Below, in pieces: positions 40,312 to 51,640 of a DNA stretch of 64,000 bases (within the stretch, counting starts at the first letter, position 1; every line of letters starts with the position of its first letter). The translations under genes were made by a program, and so were the position numbers. The notes under the pieces are model-generated. The model did no database searches and had not been told where the DNA came from. It worked only from the letters and a program-made list of their open reading frames with translations. Origin of the DNA: Leptogorgia sarmentosa (taxonomy: Eukaryota); NCBI GenBank assembly GCA_964658305.1, contig OZ210885.1, positions 4,030,001 to 4,094,000 on the forward strand. The letters are read 5' to 3'.

Positions 40312-41000
40312 TTTAACAGTTATTCTGCGAACTCGAGTCGTATATGCACTGATAGTCGACGAGGCGCGTAGCGCCGAGTCGACTATCAGTCATATACGAC
40401 GAGAGTGAGCAGAATAACTGTTTTATTATGTACACAAGCACTGGACAAAAACAACTTCCAAATTTATTTGTATTTTACTTAATAACTGAATATAATTTCA
40501 AAGTGTTCTATCGCTTTGAAATCGACATATTTACAAAAACAGTTTTACTTGATAAATACACGCCAAAAAGCACGGAAAAAACAACAGTTACGGAATTAAA
40601 ATAGTCGACGTTTCGTTTAAACTATTGCTAGTTTTAAATTTCAGCAGTTTTCATCTGTATTTTTCTGCATTTGAAAGTGCAACACAAATTTTACCGTTGT
40701 AAAATGTCAACAAACAGCAACAAGCGATCCAACTCAATCAAGCGATGAATTTTACAGCGTTGAGTCCGGTTTTCCAGATTCAAAACTGCACAATAAACAT
40801 TTACAACTAAACTTCTTGAATTTTATTCTTTTAATCGGTCGCAAAGACGTTTTTAACTGTTGAAAACTTCAATTCCGGCTTCGCTCATTCAGCCATTTTG
40901 TTTACATTTCTGTACTAGCAGGATATGAGCTAATATCCTGCTAGTAGAGAACCAATCAGATTGCAGGATAGCTCATATCCAGCGCTTGTGTATATAATAA
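40312..41000. mobile_element. Hairpin-headed non-autonomous repeat (same architecture as 18362-18925)
   Basis: AACAGTTATTCTGC...GCAGAATAACTGTT palindrome 40315-40422; AACCAATCAGA..ATAATAA end. Confidence 0.65.
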
Positions 41001-41007
41001 TGTATAA

Positions 41008-41108
41008 TATACCAATAATAATTTATCCACGCAACCCTGAATTACCTTTGAAGTAAGATATACCAATAATAATTTATCCACGCAACCCTGAATTACCTTT
41101 GAAGTAAG
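41008..41108 (+). repeat. Perfect ~51-bp tandem duplication
   Basis: TATACCAATAATAATTTATCCACGCAACCCTGAATTACCTTTGAAGTAAG x2. Confidence 0.9.
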
Positions 41109-41695
41109 TTTTTAAGGCATCCAATAGCTTAAGTGCTTCACATCCTGGTAAATTCAACTTTTCAATAAAATATGGGTATTTCACCAACATCTTTAGGTCA
41201 TCAAGGGAAGTAAACTGTTTGTGTGGAATAATTAACTATTCGATATAATGTATTACAGTCCTATATAGTTTTTCATTCTACTGTGTAATATATGGAATAA
41301 TGAACTTTTCTCTATCCAATGGCTCCAGCAAATTTTATCCAACCCTCTCTGAGACAAAAAGCTTTTTAAGCACTCCATTCTAGATTAACAAAGGCTGTAA
41401 AATAATCAGAAGTGAGAAATTTTCTGCTGGCGATGCAAACAAAACAAAAAAACGTTTTAATTTTTATTCAAATGAATCTTAAACAGAGATAAAATAGCAA
41501 AAAGTAACTTACTTGTCTTCCCTGCGTTAGAATTAAAACTCTTTCGACAAATGGCAACGAAAAATGTACTGCCATAGCCTACTGGCGTAAAACAAAGTTT
41601 TGTGGAAAAAAGACAAGAAAATAAAAGAAATTTTCTAGCGCAAACTTTTATATGAACACTTGAAATATTGGTCTGCGATTTCCATAATGTTTAAT

Positions 41696-44600
41696 ACACT
41701 GTAAATCTGGAAGTGTTACCACAACACCAAAATCGGTGTAAATTCTTGCAACGCTATGGACACCGATTAGGTGTTATCTAACACTGATTTTGGTGTTAAT
41801 TCACACCTTCGCAGTGTTAAATATGTTCGACGTATTTGGTGTAACATTACACTGTTGGTGTAAACATACACTTTTGAGGGTCATTTTACACTGGTTTTGT
41901 GTATATAGACACCAATTGGGTGTTAAACTACACTACAGGAGTAAACTTACACTTTTGAAGGTCATTTTACACTGGTTCCGTGTAGTTACGGTTGCAACGC
42001 TATGAACACCAATTGGGTGTTAAACTACGCTACGTGAGTAAAATTACACTTTGAAGGTCATTTTACACTGGTTCCGTGTAAATAGGCACGCTAGACAGTT
42101 GACACCACTTGGGTGCTAGTTTACACTATTCAAGGTATTAGTACGCTGTCTGGTGTAAATCAGATTTGGATGAAAGGACACCAAATCAATAATGTATTTG
42201 GGTAAAACAAGACATTTATTTACGATTACCGTATTTAATAACTAGATTACATATACAAACATACATAGATATACAAATATTACGATTTATACAGTTCAAT
42301 GCAGTTCATTTAGAAATAATAATAATTTGGTAGGGACTTTTACACGATCAAACACCTTCAGGACAGCATGTTGTAAAAACAAATAAGTATTAAAACAGTC
42401 TTTAGGATATTCCATCTAGAGTAAATAAAGGTAAATTGATATTTGCATAATAATTAAACTGACATGGCTCAAAATTATTCTACCTTGCACACCTTCTTTC
42501 AATAATGTGTGAAAATCAATTTCATTTACAAATAAGTGGTCAAAAACTAAGCTAAGAACTTTAATTTGCAATTGATGTAACCTTAAATTATAAAATACTA
42601 TGCTGTACTGTGAATATACAAATGCAACACTTAACATATGACAATTTTTCTCCCTCATCAAGATCTTGCTCTTCATTGCAGGCATCGAGGAGCCCATCCA
42701 TTTTAGGCACCCCTTTTTTGGATGCCACTTTAAGTATCTTTGGAACTAAACTTTCCAAATTACTCGAAATATTGTTCATCACATCCTGCTCTGAGAGCTC
42801 TGAGAACTTGAGTAAATCATTCTAGAGTTCGTTTCAGATACATCTATGCAAAAATCGAAATGTTTGCAATTGCAACAAAAATGCCAACAAGCAGTATCTT
42901 TAAATAAATCTTTCCCGAGCATTTTGATATCAATCTTGTAGAAAATTTCGAACGAGAAGTTTGTGAATTTTACGTTCAAAGTTGGGCTATAAGACATTTT
43001 ACCTGATGATGGACTGATACCGAAAATCCCGGCCTTGTGACGTATGCAGTGTGACACACCGTAGTAAGACATATAATAAATAACAACAAAATTCACCAAT
43101 CACAAGACATTAGCTTGTATATTTCTTCTTCTAAATTCGAAACCTGTTCAGTACTGGAAGATTTTAATCTCAGAGAGATACAGAACAAGCAACAAATAAC
43201 AAGGACGTTGTTAAACCATCGTGTGTTGTACATACAATATACAGGTAGAGACAGTTGCGGTATTAAAACTATAAGGTAGACAAAACCACAACAAAACCGA
43301 CGGGATTGGTGGTCTATATTTTGCGGAATAACCTTTGAAGTGAGAAAGTAATGCTATAGAGAGACTTTGTAAAGAGATTCTTGATTTTCGAATGCATGGC
43401 CAAAAATTATACGCACTGGGTATAGCATTTCATGATGCACCCAGCAGATACAAACAAGGTATGAAATACAGCTGACTGCAGTCAATGCAAGGCCAAAGGC
43501 TTTATACCTGATAAGACTGGGGAAATTATCATAAACCAAAAAGCAAAACGTGCGATTCCAAGACTTGTATTCTATCAGGGTTGTATTCTATTGTTCAGAT
43601 TATTCTTCTATTACATGTATTCTGAATTTTAATAAAGATAGACAATGTACCAGCTTGGTTAATCGTTTTGCGGACCGGCCGTGTTCCATTGGCAACTGCC
43701 CTTTTGGTGTTCCAGTGGCAAAGCAATAAATTGCGCGCATTAAACAGGATATATACGGCACGTTTCAGCAACCGCAAATGGATGAAATCATAACACAAAT
43801 GAAAGCTAAACTGAAGCATTTAAACTATTTTAATATGTCGTGCGGCAAACTGAGGTACTCATATTTCCTAGGTGTATATGTGGTATGTTGCAGTCCGGTA
43901 TACTTTTCGTTTACTTTGATTTTGTTTTGGCTCTTCAGTCTAGTACATGGACTGTATAAATCTTAATTGTATCCAGTTGTCTAGAATAACCTTTTTTTTA
44001 ACAAAAATATTTACCATACGCCACAAGTAAGATGTCAACAACGTAAATTATGTTGATCTGTATAAGCAAAATCTACGATTGCGTTCGTATTTATGCAGCC
44101 ATTTACATGACTTGTCGTATTCTTATCGTTATTTGAGCCATAGAATCGGATATACTGAACACAGATATGTCTGAATTTTCCTCAACTATAAGAAAATTCA
44201 AGTTTAACACAGTTGAGGCAGCATTGTTTATAGTATTTACATATAGGAAAAGCGCACTGTGTCACACTGCATACGTCATAACGACCTTTTGGCCACGCAG
44301 GAATTTCATCAGGTAACATGTCTTGCAGCCCAACTTTGAACGTAAAAATTCACAAACTTCTGGTTCGAAGTTTTCAACAAGATTGGTATTAATATGCTTG
44401 CAAAAGATGAAATTTCCAGATTATGTAAGAAAAAAAATTTTGAAATTTTCATTTCATATACACTTTAAAGCTAGGATCAAGACCCTGGGTGCGAGGTTGA
44501 GCCTTAAAAACTCTGTTCTTTCTGTTCATGAAATAAAATGCTCTTTTACATACCTGGTCACAATGAAACAGGAAAGGATATTTCCCCTCTATATCCTTGA

Positions 44601-45175
44601 GGGAATGCTTTCCTTCATTGACCATTTTTCGTCTGAAAGAAAACGTTAGTTTCATTTTCTGAGAAATGACACCCATGTTTGGTGATCTTTTCTTAAACTC
44701 TTTCTGCATCCACATTTGATGCGACCTGCATGAATGCTCATCTTCCCCATCCACATCATACGGTTCCCAATTTATGATCTCCCTACGACTTGCTGGGATT
44801 TTTGGAGAATTGCCATCTGCTGAATTGCTATCAACTGGTTTTCTCTTACAAGACAGGACCACAGGATCACTTCTCTCATCTCTAAGTGCATTTTTTACTT
44901 TATCCCCGAGCTGACGATACCAGGTTTTTAAAGAGAAAAAAAGAACTTTAATAGATATGATGCACTAGGCACACTCAATTTATGAGATTTCAGTATTTGA
45001 AATAACGTTAAATCAATGTGATTTTATTCCAGTTTTATTGAACAAAATAAATAGTTATAAGATATACGTGTTTTCGACTTACATAGCCACCTCCAGCATC
45101 TGCGAGGAAAGGAAATGTTGTGATAATTGAACGGCAAACATCTCTTCGTTGGTCTGGTGTTGGTGAGCTTGAAAT
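41696..45175 (-). mobile_element. EnSpm/CACTA-like element end with subterminal repeats and a spliced SAMD3-like accessory gene
   Basis: CACTGTAAA terminus, ACAC/GTGT-rich subterminal repeats 41700-42185; exons PDQRRDVCRSIITTFPFLAD, KMKLTFSFRR..KYPFLF, YPKDCFNTYLFLQHAVLKV. Confidence 0.6.
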
Positions 45176-45338
45176 AGAATTCCAATGTTATTTATGAAGT
45201 AAATGATAATGAATACATTGACTCACATTGTATGTGACTAGACACTTGGACAAATAACTATAAGCTAACAAGAAATGCCTATGATCAAGGTGGTCCTGAT
45301 AAATTAAACAAGTTTCAGTAGCAATATTTTTCTTTTAA

Positions 45339-46555
45339 TTCTCTTTTAACAAATAGGAACGGCATTTGGGCATTTGAGACAGGTGTCTGCAGGGTTCTGG
45401 GAACATGCCAATGGCAATTCGTTTTCCTTAATAGTTATATATTATTATCATAATTAACCCATATTAAGCGGACTCCTCTTTTAAACGAACAGATATGAGT
45501 GGTCTCGAAGGTGTCCGCTTGATAGGTTCAACTGTGTTTCAAGCCTAATAATTACGGTCAATGTATCTTCTTACCCAGGCGAAAGCGTCGCCACTTTCGT
45601 CCTCGCTCAATTGGTCTTTGGTATGTTGAGCGAGGGTGTACGTCGTGAAGACGACGCCTCCACCACGCTGGATTCTTCTCAGGTTTCGCATTCGAATTTA
45701 CAAATCGTGGTGACCTGTCTCGTAAATAAACAGGGACAGTTTGATTGTACTGCCGATATGCACTGCTAAACATCAGGTTACTTTGCATGTATTGTTGATA
45801 TGAGTCAGGAATGAAACTTTCCACAATTGTGGTTTCAATACCATACACAGATTTATCTACTGACCGTGGTAAATATTCATATTTGAATAACTTGTTCATT
45901 GCCCCCGCCTCATTGTTAGTATTAACAACGTTGACCACCTTGCTGCCGAAAAGCTTGCGCCCAGCACAACGAACATGAAAACCAAGTGTTTTCAACTTAC
46001 ATTTAAATTATTTTGAATCGGCGTAGCTGTAACAGCTATCTTGTGCCAGGCTGTGATGGCTCTCACGGCCTGGTTAGTTTTGGTTTTTGGGTTTTTATGG
46101 CTTGCGCCTCTTCCAGAATGATGTAGTGATGTATATAATGAGAGAATATACTGCGTTCATTTTTTTGCTTACATTACATCTGACCGAATGTCTATTGGCG
46201 CTACATTCTCTTTCAACAAATAGGAATGGCATTTGGGCATTTGAGACAGGTGTCTGGAGGATACTGGGAACATGCCAATTGCCCTTCGTTTTCCTTAATA
46301 GTTAAATATTATTATCATAATTAACCCGTATTAAGCGGACTCCTCTTTTAAATGAACAGATATGAGTGGTCTCAAAGGTGTCCGCTTGATAGGTTCAACT
46401 GTGTTTCAAACATAATAATTGCCGTCAGTATATCTCTTACCCAGGTGAAAGCGTCGCCACTTTCATCCTTGCTCAATTGGTCTTTGGTATGTTGAGCGAG
46501 GGTGTACGTCGTTAGGACGACGCTTCTGCCTTGCTGGATTCTTGTCAGGTTTCGT
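45339..46555 (+). repeat. Pair of diverged ~350-bp direct repeats (45339-45690; 46206-46555)
   Basis: Both run from TTCTCTTT.AACAAATAGGAA.GGCATTTGGG to GGATTCTT.TCAGGTTTCG. Confidence 0.85.
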
Positions 46556-48505
46556 GTTCTCCTAATTTTATTCTTTCCGTGAAAGGAGACATTTTCTATT
46601 TCAGGCACCCAGAAATTTTTTATAAAAAATTATATACCGAGTGGCCCAAAAAAAGTACTCATCTCTGATTCATTGTAACTTAAAAAGTAAAAGAGTTCTG
46701 ACACTTAAACAATAGGCATTGTATTCAGTAATGTCTAACTTAAATTTTCGTATATACCATTTGCATTTTAATACTGTATTGACTGAGATAACTGCGTTTA
46801 AATTTGAGTTAACGTTTCGGGAAATGTAGGAAATGAGCAAAAATTCATTAAAGTATTTTGTCAACGACAGTTTATAATACGTATAAGTATTCGTTTCATA
46901 AATTGAAGTTTAAAAATGTTTACTGAACAGATATGTTCATTATATGAACTTTTGGAATGTGCCATAAAATTTGGAATGTGCCACATGATGAACAATCACA
47001 TAATTTGAGAGTGCTTTGTGAGGCAATTGTAACAGCATGCCGCAACCTGGATGCCCAGATGATCCGAAATTCATTCGACTGCATGCTCACACAGGCAAGA
47101 AAGTGCATTCTTGCTGCGGGGCATACATTTACTAGTTTGAACTTCCTTAATAATTCGGCTTTGAACACGCTCTCCTCGGTTGCATACGATATTCTTTGCA
47201 TTTGGTTCAAGAACATTTCTTGTTCTTCCGGAGCTTCATTCAGTTTCTTTAGAATGGCTTGTTTGGCTGTTTTTATGCTGTTACTGGATTTGCATTTGTC
47301 TTTGTCCAGAAAATATTCCTCAAAAATCTCAATGCAGCGAATTTGCAAGGTGGCAGGACACTCGAGTTTGCGACTGTTCTGCAGTCTAACATGTTGTTTC
47401 TTTGCATAATTGTGGGGTCCCACTGGCTGTGGACGATACCCTCCTCTTCCGTCCTAAATTAAGGCAAGAGGACAGCACAGCGTAAAATAGTGCTGTGTTT
47501 CATATGTGATACGAACAGTAGATAGGTGTTGAATGTAAACGTATATATTTATTCCTTGCTTTTCTAGACTCCATCAGAGCATTTTTCACCATAGCGACCT
47601 TGGGTACAGGGTAAAAATCACATTCTTGTGTTGTAAAACAGAATCAAGAACATAGCACTAAACTGACTATGCAACGTTGAAAGTTGTAGAGTATTTTTAT
47701 AAATAATTAAATAATGAAAATTAAAATATAAAACATACCGAACATAAATCTATGCACATAAAACATGTTTGAGATAAATTTGTTATGACAAGCATTTAGT
47801 ATTTGCATACGTATAACTATTTCAAATGTAGTCGGTAGTTTGCTGTGAAGATCTTAAACTCTCTAAAAATCTCATTGTCTCCTACTGTTAGTCATCACAT
47901 GTCAATCATGAGAGGGGTGGGGGCAATAGTACCCCCTGTTAATACTGAAAATTGATATGTTGCTTTTAATTTGTTAATATCGACGACGTGAAATTTTGAC
48001 TTAAAATTATCCTACCTACCAAAAGCTTTTCTCTCTTATACAAATGTGATTAGAACATTGTCACTAAATCGTCTCGTATGACATTTACAACATTGTTGCG
48101 GTATCAAATTACTGTCGCATATTGCATGTAGTATTAAACTATAATTTCTCCTTCAAAACAATCTTCAGAATATTCCTTAGATAGAACCTAATATTGCTTC
48201 ATACAAAGTACATAGGAATTAAAAATATTTAGTGCGAGTTGAAACGCTGGCTGATAGTCAAGTTTATGAATTATGTGCGACTCATAACTACCAATTTATA
48301 AAATTAAAATTAACCCACCTGCTTGCGTGAATCGTTTATTCTTCTTGTCTTTCGAATTAATCGCCAGAAATCTTCGTAAAATCGCTTCCAATTCTTTATC
48401 ACTTCCATCAAAGAATACCGAACAACAATCGTTTTCAAAACTTACGCCATCAAAGTGTTCATTGATGAAGGAAACCTCAATGTCTCTCAGTGACTTCTCT
48501 GCCAT
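45700..48505 (-). mobile_element. Fragments of a spliced MULE/CaRF-like transposase
   Basis: SRKLECPATLQIR (WRKY/GCM1-like), FKYEYLPRS..YQQYMQSN..SSAYRQYN..VPVYL; putative first exon 48320-48505. Confidence 0.45.
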
Positions 48506-48626
48506 GACACAAAGGGAAAAGCCAGGGAAAACCCTTTTTTAAATATGGCGCAAACATATTGGGGATTTTCAGGGTATTGGGGGGATCATGTGTTAATTAA
48601 TTCAAAAGATTGCCACTGACCATTAG

Positions 48627-49210
48627 TTACTGCACGCGCACCCTCTCTCCGCCCGGGATGTAACGTTTCCTGATTTTTTTTATGACACTGGCCACATCAC
48701 TCGCAGAAGAAAAGGAGGGAGGGTGTACGTTCAAAGCGTGTGTGTTGGCAATGTTTACAACAAGCCCGTCTGATTTCAATCTCTCCACTGCTGCTGATAA
48801 TCTGTCTGCGTATTCGCCTTCATTCACCACCATTACCACACAAGGATGAGAAGGGAAATGGGTTGAAGTTAACTCTGCTTCGCTGTCCACTTCATCATCC
48901 GTACACGAATCAGTGGCGTTGTGGTAACAGTAAGGGTTGGACACATCAAGCATTTTTTGGATCGAAGTGTTGTTGTGATCTTTTACAACTTGAAAAAGCT
49001 GTCGAGCTTAAACGATACTGCTTTACGATTTTCAGTTACCTGGACAAGTGAAGTGATGCGAATAATAGTTAAAAATTGCATAACAATTGCGTGCAATAAT
49101 TATGTGTTATGCAATTGAAATGCTTCAATACTTACCAAAGGCAATATGTTTGCTCGCAGTGAATTTTGTATCCTTTTCGAGTTTAGCTCTTTGCGAGGTC
49201 GCGGTGGCAT
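48627..49210 (-). pseudogene. 5' part of the helicase gene, copy D (exon 1 + truncated exon 2)
   Basis: MPPRPRKELNSKRIQNSLRANILPL|GTAAGT (49210-49136); QLFQVVKDHN..MLDVSNPYCY..AVERLKSDGLV homologous to 53983-53270. Confidence 0.75.
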
Positions 49211-49900
49211 GTTTCGGCTGTGCACTTTTACCTCCACCGGGTTTCACTTGTTGAGTTTCACTTGAGTCTCACAGACAACACTATTTCGGCTTTTGCAGCG
49301 TTTAAATACTAAACGTTTTGCATGCATGCATGTGAAGCGGAACTGAATAACTGACTTTGGTTATCATGCATATAATTTTTTCTTTTACAATGAAGTGAAA
49401 AGACCAATTTCGCATGATTTACGGTCTGCTGTGCATATCATTGTGATTGGGCCAAACCACAACATTATACACATGCTCAATCAAGCGAAAAAATAATTTC
49501 AATTTGCAAATACCTGGTAGGAGAAGTGAAAATCTTTCACTATCATGTATGAATATATTAAAACATCATATTAGGAACACATGTAAATGAAGGGGTCGTT
49601 CCCATTTTGAAAAGGAACAGCTATTTAAACGGAACAAATTGTTCCTCCTTGACTTCAGTTGTTGTTGCACCACTTATGTTCCAAAATTCGGAACGCTTTA
49701 ACAAATATTGATCAAGGAACAACAATAATTGTTGTTCCTTTATTTAGGAACAAAATGTTCCACACTTGCACATATAATAGCTATTGAAGTGGAACGATTT
49801 GTTCCCTTTGCACATTGGCTGTTGTTGTTCCCTTTTATTATTCCCTTTTATTGTTCCCTTGTGAAGGAAGCATTGTAATGAACAATACATTTCTCACAAT
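49211..49900. promoter_or_regulatory. Divergent helicase/recombinase intergenic region with a dense GGAAC/GTTCC array
   Basis: More than a dozen GGAAC or GTTCC occurrences in 49570-49870, several as short palindromes (GGAACAAATTGTTCC, GGAACAAAATGTTCC). Confidence 0.65.
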
Positions 49901-49942
49901 GGAGTGCCTTAGGCTGTTAATAAGAAACTCTATTTATGCAGT

Positions 49943-50902
49943 TTGCATTTGCAAGTGTTTATTATAAAAGGCAAGGAACTTTTGCTTGCAAACCATTTTG
50001 TCCTTTACATGTTTGCATGTGGAAAAGGTCAAATAGATTGGAAGTCTGTAGACCTTGTCACAAAACCGAGGCAATTGCATTTGGTGAAAGACACCGATGG
50101 CTTAGATCATTGTCCAGCAATAGGTTGTGAACATTCAGGATTTGGCAGTCAAAGAGGCTGTTGTAAACATGTTAAAACGAAACATGGCTGGTATTACTAT
50201 TTTGATGTGAAGCCTGATGTGTGCCTTTCGCTGCTTGCAATCACAGAAACGCAGCGAAGATGTTGTAAAGCAGTCCCAGCCTGTTCTACAGATAATGACT
50301 TTGCTAGATCGTTTTCAAAATGGCTTCAAAGCAGCTGTGCTGGCGGCAAATCTGCTAAACAATCAGACGTTTCAGTTAACCGAGCATTAAAGTTCATCAA
50401 GTTTTGTTGTGACAAGAATGGCGAGGGCGAGGAAGACGCGCTCAATTCACCTAATCTGATCGATTACGCCTTGGGGTCTCCACAACTATTAACCAGGTTT
50501 GTGGACGCTCTCAAAGATAAGTGGTGTATTGGACAATCAGGACAATTATGTGGCAAGTATTTCTGATTTACTAGATTTTCGCAAATTCAATCGTCCCCCT
50601 GCAACAGTGCTTCAAAACTTCGCCAATCATCCCCCTGCAACAGTGCTTCAAAACTTTGCAGTTACCGAAGTGTATGTAAAGAGAGCACGAAAGTATTTAG
50701 CCAAAGACATGAAATCAAATCGATCAAATCTGCGATCGAACAGCAGTGGATATCTGAAGACCAAAAGCATAGCTCTAACGTTGCCCGTGTACATTATCAG
50801 AAGAAAGGATCTCGTGAAGTGGCCATGAGAGGACGTGAGTGCATGAAAAAATTAATTGAGAGAAGTAATAGTTCACAGAGAGAAGATGAGAATGAACAGC
50901 AG
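49943..50902 (+). pseudogene. Tyrosine recombinase copy B: C2H2 finger + core-binding region, catalytic middle deleted
   Basis: CPAIGC..KHVKTKH finger; near-identical to 1993-1585; jumps at ~50730 to EQQWISEDQKHSSNVARVHY; 33-bp duplication at ~50591-50658. Confidence 0.85.
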
Positions 50903-51640
50903 TCCTCGTCTGCGCCCACACATGTGTGCAACACACGCCCATCATTTCCACCCGGAAAATAGCCAAATGTACTCGAGGCCCTTGCTTCACATGTGAGGAA
51001 GATAATGTCATACGCTTGGACATTGCAAAGTTCGGTTTTCGTTGGACAATGATATTACGCCATCCAGAATATAACTTTAATGCATGTTGTGTGGCAAATA
51101 CTTTAAGAAAGAGGGCGGAAGCCTTGAACTTAGTTTAATAGTTAAGCGTACACCTTAAATGATTTTTGTATTAAAAGTGTGAATGAAATGAAAGAAATTG
51201 TGTTAAAATGAATACATGCTTAATTTGTTTTTGCAACAGTTGTTCTACTCAATTCACATGGCAAACGTTTTTAGAAACAAACCCCAACCCAGCACATAAA
51301 CCCCAACCCAGCACATAAACTGACCCTACAGTAACTGTGTTAATACACTGCCATTTTCAGAATAACAACTTTATTAAAGTCACGTGATCCCTGAGTACAG
51401 GGATCCCAAGCACATATTGTAACATCTTCCCCCTTAAAGATTTCTTATAGTTATATTAGAGTACTTAATGTTAATATCCAACATAATATAAATGATTGTT
51501 CGCTTTGAGTTGAGCTTTCAGACAGTTGTGAGGTGTCATAGTCCTTGAGGTAACTTGGTGGCTTTCTTTGACGGTGCCTTTCTTTGACGGTGCCTTTTTT
51601 CTATTTGGCAAGGTGAGCGGAGTATATATATATATGTATA

